This document shows positions 8,951 to 18,032 of a DNA stretch of 46,540 nt, piece by piece. The stretch lies in the IMG/VR virus record IMGVR_UViG_2645727604_000006, one strand, 5' to 3'. This DNA is from a virus (Duplodnaviria > Heunggongvirae > Uroviricota > Caudoviricetes). The translations under genes were made by a program, and so were the position numbers. Within the stretch, counting starts at the first letter, position 1, and every line of letters starts with the position of its first letter. The notes under the pieces were generated by a model. It was not told the origin of the DNA, did not search any database, and saw only the letters and a program-made list of their open reading frames with translations.

Positions 8951-10299
8951 TGGGCTGGGCTGAAAACCTGCAAAACGCCTCCTTTCGTGGCGTGCAGTTT
9001 GATGTACTGAACACGGATGAACAAATCAGCCGCGACCATGCGGTCTATGAATACCCGTTTGTTGACGGGGCGGATTTGCACGACCTCGGGCGCAAGGCGC
9101 GACCGTTCCGCATGACGGCGTTCCTGTGGGGGGAGTATTACGAATATAAACTCGAAAAGCTGATCGCCGCCCTGGACGAAGGCGGCGATGGTGAGCTGAT
9201 TCACCCGGTTTACGGCTCCGTACCGTCGGTGATTGTGACCGGCTACAGCATTCGCCATGACGCAGAAAGCCCGGACAGCTGCACCATCGACATGAGCTTT
9301 CTGGAGAACCGCACCGGTAGCGCGTTGTTCAGCACCCCGTTACCGGAGCTGTTCGCGCAACAGTTGTTTGATGAACTGGACACTTTACAGGCGCGGTTAA
9401 GTGATTTTTTTGATGCCGTTGCTGCACCTTTAAATACCGTTAACAGCATGATTAAAAAAGCCCAGACAGTGCGTGCCACACTGGTGAATACCCTGCTGTC
9501 TTTCAAAAGTGATTTTGTCTCCACTGTCGATAATATCGTGTCACTGGCAGGCGAACCCGGAAAATTTATCAATGAACTGGCAGAGGTGCTGGAAATCCAC
9601 ACATCAGATGTCGGGCAACCGGTGCCGGTTCTGCAACGTGTTGATTCTGCCACCCGGACCGGGTTGGCAGGAGAGACGACCGTCGCCAGTTCTGCGACAG
9701 TGATGAACTGCTGGAATAAGGTCATCACTGATATGGATGAATTTGTTGCGCTGCCTGTTGCCCTGGTCAGTGGCGATAAAGTACCGGAGGTGGTACTTCC
9801 TGCGGATGCCTCGCCAGACGATGTGCAGGATGTGAAAGCAGTTTACGCAACACAGGCCGCATCTGAACTGGCCAGTGTTGCAATGGCGATACTGGTTGAT
9901 GATGCGCAGTCAGAACAGCTTATACCGGCGGATATCGGGCGACTGGTCGGGGATGTGCGCACCCGCTTACAGGCTGCCATCACGCTGTTCCGTGAACGCT
10001 ATGAAGGCGAACGCGAACGGATAACCGAAACCGCATCACCGCTGGGGCTGATGTACCCGGAAATCATTCAGAGCATGAAAAACGTGGCGGCATCCGTGCA
10101 GGATGTCGGCCTGCTGGTTCTGTCACGCCGCCCACCGCTGACGCAGAAACAGGTGCAGGCGGACAGCTGTCTGCTGTTGCTGGCGTGGCAGTGGTACGGT
10201 GATTACAGTCGTGCGGCAGAACTGCAACGTCTGAACCCGCAGCTGCGTGACCCGAACAACATAACCGCCGGGGTGGTCATTAATGCCTACGCAAAATAA
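8950..10299 (+). CDS. Mu gpN-like DNA circulation protein
   Basis: 449-aa ORF directly after the tape measure gene (ATG overlaps its stop); the N-terminus matches the Mu N family pattern. Confidence 0.65.
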   Translation: MGWAENLQNASFRGVQFDVLNTDEQISRDHAVYEYPFVDGADLHDLGRKARPFRMTAFLWGEYYEYKLEKLIAALDEGGDGELIHPVYGSVPSVIVTGYSIRHDAESPDSCTIDMSFLENRTGSALFSTPLPELFAQQLFDELDTLQARLSDFFDAVAAPLNTVNSMIKKAQTVRATLVNTLLSFKSDFVSTVDNIVSLAGEPGKFINELAEVLEIHTSDVGQPVPVLQRVDSATRTGLAGETTVASSATVMNCWNKVITDMDEFVALPVALVSGDKVPEVVLPADASPDDVQDVKAVYATQAASELASVAMAILVDDAQSEQLIPADIGRLVGDVRTRLQAAITLFRERYEGERERITETASPLGLMYPEIIQSMKNVAASVQDVGLLVLSRRPPLTQKQVQADSCLLLLAWQWYGDYSRAAELQRLNPQLRDPNNITAGVVINAYAK

Positions 10300-11494
10300 C
10301 GAAGACAAAATCAGCCTGGTCATTGCCGGAAGGTCGCATTCTGACTGGAACAGTTATCGTATTGACAGCGATTTCCTGAAAGCTGCCGACGGCTGGCAGC
10401 TTCAGCTGGGGCTGCCTGAAAAGGTGTTCCCGGCGGATATCGTCCGGGGCGCACAAATCCGGTTGCAGGTGGGAGACGAAACGGTGCTCAGTGGGCGCAT
10501 AGACAGCGTGCGCCGCAGTGTATCCCGTCAGAGCTGCACGCTGACCCTGTCCGGGCGTGATGATGCCGCCATCCTGGTGGACTGTGCCGCGCCAGTGTTC
10601 AGCGCCAACCAGCTGACGCTGGACGAGGTCATCGACAGGATTGTCAGACCGCTGGGGATACAGCGCATCCGTATTCAGGCGTCCGGTGTGTCACGTAATG
10701 ACAAAGTCGTTATTGAGCCGGGGATGCGTGCGTGGGATGCACTGGCCAAAGCTGCCGCCGGTCGCGGCTTATGGCCGTGGTTTGAGCCTGACGGGACGCT
10801 GGTTGTGGGTGGCCCTGACTACACCACCACGCCGGTGGATACGCTGATTCTGAAGCTGAACGGCACCGGGAACAACGTGATGGAGCTGGACGATACCCGG
10901 TCCATTAACGGCTGTTTCTCCGAACTTACTGTGCTGGCCCAGAGCCACGCCCGCCGCGCAGACAGCAAGAAACAGGTGGCCGTGGTGCCGCTGGATATCT
11001 GGAACGAGGACGGCAGCGTGCGCACATTGTCCGGGCAGGACAGCGGTAATACGGACAGTGGCCAGACAGGCATTCATAACATGAAAGCCGTTGCCACCGA
11101 CCCCACCGTGGATTATTACCGCCCGCAGATAATCACCCAGGGCGACACCAGCAATCTGGAGCAAGTGAACTGGCGCGCAAAAAAAATGATGAGTGATGCC
11201 CGCCTGTCGGGGCTGGATATCGTCGCGCTGGTTGCAGGTCATCGCACGGCAGATGGTGTTCTGTGGCAGCCCGGCCAGCGGGTGCGGATTGTCAGCGAAC
11301 TCCACGGCATTGATGCCATCTTTTTCCTGATGGGGCGTGAGTTCAGCGGAGGCCGGAACGGGCAGACAACCCGGCTCCGCTTTAAGGAGGACGGCGTGTG
11401 GATACCTGATGCCTTCCCGCGCGAGAAGAAACGCCATCACCGCAGGGGCAAAAAGAAAAAAGAGGTCGCCATTGTTAAGGTCTGGGAGAAATGA
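10283..11494 (+). CDS. baseplate hub / tail protein (Mu gpP-like, P2 gpD-like)
   Basis: 403-aa ORF in the Mu P position. Confidence 0.65.
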   Translation: MPTQNNEDKISLVIAGRSHSDWNSYRIDSDFLKAADGWQLQLGLPEKVFPADIVRGAQIRLQVGDETVLSGRIDSVRRSVSRQSCTLTLSGRDDAAILVDCAAPVFSANQLTLDEVIDRIVRPLGIQRIRIQASGVSRNDKVVIEPGMRAWDALAKAAAGRGLWPWFEPDGTLVVGGPDYTTTPVDTLILKLNGTGNNVMELDDTRSINGCFSELTVLAQSHARRADSKKQVAVVPLDIWNEDGSVRTLSGQDSGNTDSGQTGIHNMKAVATDPTVDYYRPQIITQGDTSNLEQVNWRAKKMMSDARLSGLDIVALVAGHRTADGVLWQPGQRVRIVSELHGIDAIFFLMGREFSGGRNGQTTRLRFKEDGVWIPDAFPREKKRHHRRGKKKKEVAIVKVWEK

Positions 11495-12144
11495 TGTGGG
11501 ACAAAGTTAATCAGCGCGTACAGCAGGCACTGGCCGCCGTTCGCCAGGCATTCAGGGTGGTGACCGGTACGGTGGACAGTTCGACCAAAGTACAGCTGCT
11601 TCAGCTTAACGGGCTGGCAGGCGAACAGCTGGACGGTGCGGAGTATTTTCAGCATTACGGCCTCACCACATCCCCGCCGCCCGGCTCAATGGGTATTGCC
11701 GTTCCGCTGAACGGCAATACCTCCCATACTGTCGTGGTGGCCACAGAGCACGGCGCATATCGTCTGACGGAACTGAAACCCGGGGAAGTGGCCCTGTATA
11801 CCGATGAAGGCGCGAAAATCGTACTGAAGCGCGGACGGGTTATTGAAACCGAATGTGACGTTTATCGCGTGAAATGCAAACGCTACGAGGTTGAGGCAGA
11901 GGAGAACGCCACATTCACGACACCGTTACTGACAGCCAGTGACAGGCTGACGGTGGAAGGCAAAATCACCGGCAACGGTGGCATGGCCATCAGTGGGGGC
12001 AAGGGATACACTGCCACCTTTGAAGGCAATATCAACCATGTGGGTGGAGTGATTACCTCCGTTGACGTCACCATTAATGGCGTTAAAATCGGAACGCACA
12101 AACATCCAACCCCACACGGCATGTCTGACACGCCGGTTAATTAA
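11491..12144 (+). CDS. baseplate assembly/spike protein (Mu gp45-like, P2 gpV-like)
   Basis: 217-aa ORF with a glycine-rich beta region, in the Mu Q position. Confidence 0.6.
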   Translation: MMWDKVNQRVQQALAAVRQAFRVVTGTVDSSTKVQLLQLNGLAGEQLDGAEYFQHYGLTTSPPPGSMGIAVPLNGNTSHTVVVATEHGAYRLTELKPGEVALYTDEGAKIVLKRGRVIETECDVYRVKCKRYEVEAEENATFTTPLLTASDRLTVEGKITGNGGMAISGGKGYTATFEGNINHVGGVITSVDVTINGVKIGTHKHPTPHGMSDTPVN

Positions 12145-12197
12145 GTGCTGAACACCCTCACCTGATTCTGACCTGTCCATGCTGCCAGACTGGCGGC

Positions 12198-12548
12198 ATG
12201 GACCAGACGATTTCACCTGCAACCGGCGACTACGAACGCCGTCGGATTTATACCCTTCATAACGCGGTTTATCTGCGACTGGCGACGCCGCTTGGCAGTT
12301 ACTGGGCGGATGCGTCGCTGGGGTCACGCCTGCACGAGCTGAAGCGGGAAAAAGACGTTTCCCGTGTTCATAAGCTTGCGGCGCAGTATGCCAGCCAGGC
12401 ACTTCAGCCCCTGCTCGATGACGGGCGGGCAAAATCCATTACCGTTGACACAAAACCGGGGCAGCGCGGCTGGTTGTTGCTGTTAATCACCGTCACGGAT
12501 AACGCGGGCACACCGCAGACGTTTGAACACCCTGTGAGGATTATGTAA
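12198..12548 (+). CDS. baseplate protein (Mu gp46-like, P2 gpW-like)
   Basis: 116-aa ORF between the spike and J-like baseplate genes. Confidence 0.55.
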   Translation: MDQTISPATGDYERRRIYTLHNAVYLRLATPLGSYWADASLGSRLHELKREKDVSRVHKLAAQYASQALQPLLDDGRAKSITVDTKPGQRGWLLLLITVTDNAGTPQTFEHPVRIM

Positions 12549-13627
12549 TGCCGTTTCCTGTTCCGGGCGTTGCTGAAAACACAGAACGCCAGCTACGTGA
12601 TATCGCTAACGCCCTGCCGGGCGAAACCATCGACACCGGCGCTGACAGCGATTACCGCATTCGTGCAAATGCCGTATCCGGCGTGGCGGACGGACTGTAT
12701 ATGCATCAGGGGTGGATACTCCGTCAGGTGTTTCCTGATACGGCAGACCCTGAATATCTGGAGTTGCACTGCCGCACGCGCAATGTTTTTCGTAAAAAAG
12801 CAACGGCCTCATCCGGTCCGGCAGTGATTACCGGCACACCCGGTAAAACGCTGCCAGCCGGTGCGGAAATTCGTGGTGAAGGTGTCAGCGTGGCCACCGC
12901 AGCAGACTGCACCGTCGGTGATGAAGGCAGCGCAGAGGTGACGGTAAAAAGCACTGCCACGGGTGCACAGACGAATGCATCCACGACTCAGACGGCAACG
13001 CTGGTCAGCCCACCTGAAGGCATCAACAGCACGGTGACGATTAAATCCCTGACCGGCGGAACGGACAGGGAAAGCGACGCCGACCTGCTGGCGCGTTATC
13101 TGGATATTCTGCGCAGGCCGCCCGCTGGCGGTAATAAATATGATTACAAACGCTGGGCGCTGGAAGTGGATGGCGTTACGTCTGCGTATGTGGAGCCGTT
13201 GCGTCGTGGACTGGGGACGGTTGATGTGGCCATTACGTCAGCCAATGACCTCCCTTCGCAGGAACTGATTAATGCCGTGCTGGCACATATTGAGGAAGTC
13301 CGCCCGGTGACAGCGAAGGACACGATGGTGCTGGCCCCGACGAAAAAAGCCGTTGATTTCGTTGTCCGGGTAAAAACCAGTGGTCTTACTGTTGAACAGA
13401 TAAAACCACAGATAACTGAAGTTATCACGGATTTTATGAACCGGCTGGAGCCGGGGCAGGAATTAATTATTTCACAACTGGAAACTCAGATTTCATTAAT
13501 TTCTGGCGTCAGTGACCGGCGAATTATTATGCCGTCAGATAATGTAAAAGCAGTTGTCAATGAATCCACATGGGAGTGGCTGCGTCCGGGGAGTATTGAT
13601 ATCCAGCCATTTCCCCGGGAGAGTTAA
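12548..13627 (+). CDS. baseplate J-like protein (Mu gp47-like)
   Basis: 359-aa ORF whose ATG overlaps the previous stop; typical baseplate wedge size and position. Confidence 0.7.
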   Translation: MPFPVPGVAENTERQLRDIANALPGETIDTGADSDYRIRANAVSGVADGLYMHQGWILRQVFPDTADPEYLELHCRTRNVFRKKATASSGPAVITGTPGKTLPAGAEIRGEGVSVATAADCTVGDEGSAEVTVKSTATGAQTNASTTQTATLVSPPEGINSTVTIKSLTGGTDRESDADLLARYLDILRRPPAGGNKYDYKRWALEVDGVTSAYVEPLRRGLGTVDVAITSANDLPSQELINAVLAHIEEVRPVTAKDTMVLAPTKKAVDFVVRVKTSGLTVEQIKPQITEVITDFMNRLEPGQELIISQLETQISLISGVSDRRIIMPSDNVKAVVNESTWEWLRPGSIDIQPFPRES

Positions 13628-13630
13628 TAC

Positions 13631-14203
13631 ATGAATACGGTTGATTTATTTCGTGCCATGTTACCACCGGTCAGCTATGACCCGAACGGGAAATATATTT
13701 CAGCAGAACTGAACGCAGAAGCAGCCATTATGGATGAAGTAAAAGCGTCAGCTGCACGAGTGCTTGCATCTGTCACACCATTTTACGCATCCATGACGCT
13801 GTCTGACTGGGAACGAGTGTATGGAGTAATACCCCGCGACGGTGCCACACAGCAGGAACGCCGAGAAAATATTCTTATAAAGATGGCTGCAACTGGTGGG
13901 TTATCTATCCCTTATTTTAAACAACTTGCAGCCAGCCTCGGGTACACCATAACAATTACTGAACTTCATCCATTCAGAGCGGGGATAAACCGATGTGGTG
14001 ATCGTCTCTATATAACAGATGCCCGATGGATTTGGCAGGTTAATGTCACAGGAAGCAGAACGCCAGCCTACAGATTCAGAACCGGAGTATCTGCTGCCGG
14101 GGAGCCGTTACTTTCCTTTGGTGCCCCTGTACTGGAAGAAACATTTAAAGACCTTAAACCCGCTTTTACTTATTGCCATTTCACATATAAGGAGGAGCAG
14201 TAA
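13631..14203 (+). CDS. tail protein (Mu gp48-like, P2 gpI-like)
   Basis: 190-aa ORF between the baseplate J gene and the tail fibre gene. Confidence 0.6.
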   Translation: MNTVDLFRAMLPPVSYDPNGKYISAELNAEAAIMDEVKASAARVLASVTPFYASMTLSDWERVYGVIPRDGATQQERRENILIKMAATGGLSIPYFKQLAASLGYTITITELHPFRAGINRCGDRLYITDARWIWQVNVTGSRTPAYRFRTGVSAAGEPLLSFGAPVLEETFKDLKPAFTYCHFTYKEEQ

Positions 14204-15027
14204 TGCAAAATCTGATGCCCCCGATAAATACACCGGATCAATTGTTTCATGATGGTGACCCCACTCAGGGGATAGAAGGAACCCTCGTGACTGCTGGTTA
14301 TTTAAACAATCAGCAGGGGGCAACCCGTGATTTACAGCAGGAACTCCTTAATGTTCTTGGTGGTGCACATATTCAACCTGACCCCAAAAAAACGGATCAG
14401 CTACTTACCGCGCTTCGCGCGTTGCTGTTAAGCCGCAAAAATCCGTTTGGCGATATCAAATCGGACGGCACAGTACCAACGGCTCTCGAAAACCTTGGTT
14501 TGGGAGAAGGTGCTCCAGCTATTGGCGTTCCGTTCTTCTGGCCGTCCGCAGCAATGCCAGATACCGTAATCGATAGCTGGTCCAGCATGGTGTTTTTGAA
14601 GTTCAACGGCGCGAAATTCTCTGCCACTGATTACCCTGTGCTGGCGAAAGTGTTTCCGGCGCTGGCATTACCTGACGCACGCGGTGATTTCATTCGTATC
14701 TGGGATGACGGGCGCGGGATTGATGTCGGACGTACCCTACTTTCAGGGCAATCACACACAATTATGGATCATGCACACAATATGGAATTGTGGACGGGGG
14801 ACGGGCTTGCCGCAGGAAGTGCACGGGAAGGAGTAAACCCAGGAATACTGGCTACATATGGTGACGGGGGAATAGTTAAAACGGACGAACCCGGTCTTAA
14901 GGTGCCTTCCTCACTACGAGCTCTTAGCTCTCGTAGTGTTAAACGTTATGGTGAAATTAGTGGACATGTAGGTACAGAAACCCGTCCACGAAATATTGCA
15001 TTTAACTTTCTGGTGAGGGCTAAATAA
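14203..15027 (+). CDS. tail fibre protein: constant N-terminal part fused to the currently expressed variable part
   Basis: 274-aa ORF. The crossover site at 14484-14509 lies inside the gene (about codon 94-102). The C-terminus [16 protein letters not shown] resembles tail-fibre tips. Confidence 0.75.
   Translation: MQNLMPPINTPDQLFHDGDPTQGIEGTLVTAGYLNNQQGATRDLQQELLNVLGGAHIQPDPKKTDQLLTALRALLLSRKNPFGDIKSDGTVPTALENLGLGEGAPAIGVPFFWPSAAMPDTVIDSWSSMVFLKFNGAKFSATDYPVLAKVFPALALPDARGDFIRIWDDGRGIDVGRTLLSGQSHTIMDHAHNMELWTGDGLAAGSAREGVNPGILATYGDGGIVKTDEPGLKVPSSLRALSSRSVKRYGEISGHVGTETRPRNIAFNFLVRAK
14484..14509 (+). repeat. left crossover site of the invertible segment (gix/cix/hix-like)
   Basis: TCTCGAAAACCTTGGTTTGGGAGAAG. 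The core TTGGTTTGGGAGAAG (14495-14509) recurs as its exact reverse complement at 16379-16393. Confidence 0.65.
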
Positions 15028-15620
15028 TGAAACCTGTTTTTGATGAAAATGGGCTGGCTACAGTGCCGGGTGATATGCGTTGTTTTTATTATGATGCAGT
15101 AACGTCTGAATATACGGGCTGGTCTGATGAATATATTAATACTGGCGTAAGTATGCCCGCCTGTTCCACTGGTATTGACCCGGGCGAATACATTCCGGGG
15201 AAAGTGGCAGTATTTACGGGTAAGGGATGGCGCCATGAAGAAGACCACCGCAATGAGACTGTTTACTCAATCGAAAATGGCGCAGCTGTTACAGTGGATT
15301 ATATCGGTGCCATCAAAGACGGTTATGTCACGCTTTCACCGTTAACGCCATACGATAAATGGGATGGTGAGAAATGGGTGACGGATACCGAGGCACAGCA
15401 TAGCGCCGCACTAGACGCGGCAGAAGTAAAGCGCCAGTCGCTGATTGATGCTGCAATGGCTTCCATCAGTCTGATTCAGCTGAAATTACGAGCCGGGCGG
15501 AAGCTGACGCAGGCAGAAACCACCCGACTTAACGCTGTGCTGGATTACATTGACGCGGTGGAGGCAACAGATACCAGCACCGCGCCTGATGTCATCTGGC
15601 CTGAACTGCCGGAGGCGTAG
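15027..15620 (+). CDS. tail fibre assembly chaperone (Tfa, U-like)
   Basis: 197-aa ORF immediately after the fibre gene. Its C-terminus (LDYIDAVEATDTSTAPDVIWPELPEA) is paralogous to that of the minus-strand Tfa. Confidence 0.75.
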   Translation: MKPVFDENGLATVPGDMRCFYYDAVTSEYTGWSDEYINTGVSMPACSTGIDPGEYIPGKVAVFTGKGWRHEEDHRNETVYSIENGAAVTVDYIGAIKDGYVTLSPLTPYDKWDGEKWVTDTEAQHSAALDAAEVKRQSLIDAAMASISLIQLKLRAGRKLTQAETTRLNAVLDYIDAVEATDTSTAPDVIWPELPEA

Positions 15621-16032
15621 GCCATTCAATATCTGGCGCACCGGAAGTATCGACCAGTTCCAGTGCGTCCAGATAATCCAGCCACAAATTATATTGCGCC
15701 AGTTCCTCACCTTTCAGGCGACCAATCGCCGCTTTACCAGGCCATTGCTTACTGTTTATGTATTCGTTGACCTGATTAATCAATTGCTGCTTTTCCAGTT
15801 CGGCTGCGGCAATTTGTTCCTCATGAGTTGGCGGTGGAATATCAATCCATGCAGGCATTCCGTCGATGACACCTCTGTATTTTCCTTCTGGTGCTTCCTT
15901 CATAAATTCGGCGGCAACAGTGTCGTCAATTTCGATTCCATCATCGGGCCATTCACCGGATTCCTGATAAGCGATTTTAAGCTCCACAGGGAAAAACGCA
16001 TTTTTATCGGCACTGAAAATATATTTCTGCAT
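15592..16032 (-). CDS. alternative tail fibre assembly chaperone (U'-like)
   Basis: 146-aa ORF ending LDYLDALELVDTSGAPDIEWPTPPAVQAR, convergent with the + Tfa and overlapping it by 29 bp. Confidence 0.7.
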   Translation of the reverse strand: MQKYIFSADKNAFFPVELKIAYQESGEWPDDGIEIDDTVAAEFMKEAPEGKYRGVIDGMPAWIDIPPPTHEEQIAAAELEKQQLINQVNEYINSKQWPGKAAIGRLKGEELAQYNLWLDYLDALELVDTSGAPDIEWPTPPAVQAR

Positions 16033-16034
16033 TT

Positions 16035-16433
16035 CTACCGTCCTATCGAAATATAACTGAATCTGTATTGCTGTGAGATATCACTGGTTGCCACACGCCA
16101 CGCTGAATTACTGATATGTTCAAAATTTACAGACAAAACCTGCGGGGCAGGATTCGACGGGTCTGACTGAACGGCATCAGACATAACACTGACTGAAACC
16201 ATCGGCTGATTAGGGAATGGTATAGGGAAGTGTCCACTGATAAAGCGGGTCGTGTTTCCTGAAAAAGTGCCAAACTGAACAATATATCCACCTGGTAGCC
16301 TGAACCATCCCGAACCAGAAGCGAATGCTCCCATATCCGGTATCTGATTATCTCCTGTGCCCACATCCCTTTTCGCCGCTTCTCCCAAACCAACGTTTAA
16401 GAAAATGCAGAGATTACGGCTAACTGGCATCAT
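16035..16433 (-). CDS. alternative tail-fibre variable segment (S'-like); silent in this orientation
   Basis: Minus-strand ORF running through the right crossover site. It encodes NVGLGEAAKRD at the site, matching [10 protein letters not shown] in the + fibre gene. No constant N-terminal part is attached in this orientation. Confidence 0.6.
   Translation of the reverse strand: MMPVSRNLCIFLNVGLGEAAKRDVGTGDNQIPDMGAFASGSGWFRLPGGYIVQFGTFSGNTTRFISGHFPIPFPNQPMVSVSVMSDAVQSDPSNPAPQVLSVNFEHISNSAWRVATSDISQQYRFSYISIGR
16379..16405 (+). repeat. right crossover site of the invertible segment, inverted
   Basis: CTTCTCCCAAACCAACGTTTAAGAAAA, whose reverse complement contains TTGGTTTGGGAGAAG. Confidence 0.65.
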
Positions 16434-16460
16434 CTCCGGTTTTTATTCAGGGGGATGCTC

Positions 16461-16556
16461 ATGCTTATTGGCTATGTACGCGCATCAACAAATGACCAGG
16501 ACACCGATTTACAACGCAATGCGTTGAACTGTGCAGGATATGAGCTGATTTTTTGA
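16461..16556 (+). pseudogene. truncated Din-family serine DNA invertase (Gin/Pin/Cin-like); only the first 31 codons remain
   Basis: Encodes MLIGYVRASTNDQDTDLQRNALNCAGYELIF then TGA, which matches the conserved N-terminus of Gin/Pin/Cin invertases (MLIGYVRVSTNDQ...). Similarity stops near codon 31; downstream sequence is unrelated. Confidence 0.75.
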
Positions 16557-16592
16557 GGGTAAATCATCAGCATGAGACTAATAATTTAGCGT

Positions 16593-16652
16593 CCAATTCT
16601 GGGCTTTTTGGTTGCGCTCTCTCCGCCCAGAATTGTGCGCCAATTAGCCCAG
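16593..16652. promoter_or_regulatory. palindromic repeat cluster in the junction region; candidate operator or hairpin
   Basis: CCAATTCTGGGC (16593-16604) with an 11-bp perfect inverted partner GCCCAGAATTG (16625-16635), 20-bp spacer. A third partial copy CCAATTAGCCCAG at 16640-16652. Confidence 0.3.
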
Positions 16653-17253
16653 AAAAAAACGCGAAGTTACAAACCGTTTGTCGCAACAGCTGGTGGTCAG
16701 TGTCGCTGCACACCTGTTGTTACGGCATGAATGCAGATTACCAAATCACCTGGCTGTAAGTAACCACAGAGAACTTTACCTGACTGTGGGGGGCGAGTTG
16801 TGCAGGAACTTAACCGCTGGTTTCGTGACGGAAGAGGACTTTATGTTCATGTTATTCGTTGGGAGCCAGAAACACAGCGCGTTATCTATCTTCGCAAAGA
16901 CTACCCGCATGAGTGCTTTAGTCCTTTGTGGAAATTCAGGCGTGATTTTGTTGAGTGTGAAGGACCACCAGCATATTGATTCTGCAATTCCGGGACGTTA
17001 CACTGTTCAGGCACCTTATAAAGCGGGTGCCGGGATTGGCGTCCTGAAATTGTCAACGGCGATGTATGACGCGCCAGCGTCTTTTTTATCGTCCGCATTT
17101 GCTCACATCCAGATTATGGTGGGCTGGGCGGGGGCACCGAAAGGTGCGCCGGTCTCCGTTGACGCCGGTTACGCCAACCCCGTCCAGTTCACCACCAGTG
17201 AAATTGGCGTTTCCGGTGGTGGAAGTTTTTCACTGTCAACGGAGGCTGCCATC

Positions 17254-17811
17254 ATGGCTACGATCCAAGCCCTCACTCAACCTGAAATCACCATTGACAA
17301 CGGCCAGGCCGTTACCACTTCTTTGGCTGTTGCCAACTTCTTCTCCAAGCGTCACGACGATGTGCTGAAAAAGATCCGCACTCTGGATTGTTCCCCTGAG
17401 TTTTGTGCCCGCAATTTTGCGGAGACATCGATTTCGGTAAATCAACCGAACGGTGGTACACGCAAGCTCCCTTGCTATCAAATCACACGAGACGGTTTTG
17501 CGTTTCTTGCTATGGGTTTCACGGGTAAACGTGCTGCCCGGTTCAAAGAGGCATACATCAATGCCTTTAACCAGATGGAAAAACTGCTTTCAAAGCCATC
17601 CACGCTGAGCGATGCCGCAGATAACGCCAGCGTGCTTTACTCCCACCTGTCGGTAATCCACAAGGTCTGGCTGCAGCAGCTTTATCCTATGTTGGCAAAA
17701 GCTGAATCTCCGCTGGCTGTTAGCTTATATGATTATATTAATGATGCTTCGGCGCTGGCCTGCCTCATAAATTTGTCGCTGAACCCTTCAGAGGTAAGGG
17801 GGCGCAAATGA
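17254..17811 (+). CDS. Rha-family phage regulatory protein
   Basis: The N-terminus MATIQALTQPEITIDNGQAVTTSLAVANFFSKRHDDVLKKIR fits the Rha pattern. GGAGG at 17241-17245 lies 8 nt before the ATG. The frame is open much further upstream (track ORF from 16678), but that part does not look protein-like. Confidence 0.6.
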   Translation: MATIQALTQPEITIDNGQAVTTSLAVANFFSKRHDDVLKKIRTLDCSPEFCARNFAETSISVNQPNGGTRKLPCYQITRDGFAFLAMGFTGKRAARFKEAYINAFNQMEKLLSKPSTLSDAADNASVLYSHLSVIHKVWLQQLYPMLAKAESPLAVSLYDYINDASALACLINLSLNPSEVRGRK

Positions 17812-18032
17812 TCCGGAATATTTTCAAACGGTTTACCAATCAGACTTTCCGTTGTCCTCGTCCGGGTCAGTGGTACACCACACCTGCAGGGCATGTTCTA
17901 CGTGTTAGCCTGGTTGACCGTGAATGTCAGAAGGTGATTTGTGAACCGCTGGGCCGTAATTACCGCGTCAGTATGCCGCTTATAGCCTTTCGCTCCGGAA
18001 AAAACATGAAGCATCTCGGAGGTGCTGCATGA
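17808..18032 (+). CDS. hypothetical small phage protein
   Basis: 74-aa ORF translationally coupled to both neighbours (ATGA overlaps). Confidence 0.35.
   Translation: MIRNIFKRFTNQTFRCPRPGQWYTTPAGHVLRVSLVDRECQKVICEPLGRNYRVSMPLIAFRSGKNMKHLGGAA

Larger units (their letters stand above)
14495..16393. mobile_element. invertible tail-fibre segment (about 1.9 kb, G/C/P-segment-like)
   Basis: Bounded by inverted 15-bp cores. Contains the fibre variable part plus a Tfa gene on +, and an alternative Tfa plus alternative fibre variable part on -. Confidence 0.65.

Noticed and set aside
16461-16700. Invertase rescued by a single-base frameshift in the T-run at 16548-16553
   Set aside because: Removing one T gives IFEGKSSA then a stop, which still diverges from Gin/Pin (IFEDKLSGT...) within a few codons. 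This is truncation by rearrangement, not a simple frameshift.
16678-17253. Track ORF start at TTG 16678 as the true start of rha (377-aa product)
   Set aside because: The Rha domain begins at ATG 17254, which has a GGAGG ribosome-binding site. The upstream 192 codons are unrecognisable. Kept as a finding rather than a gene call.
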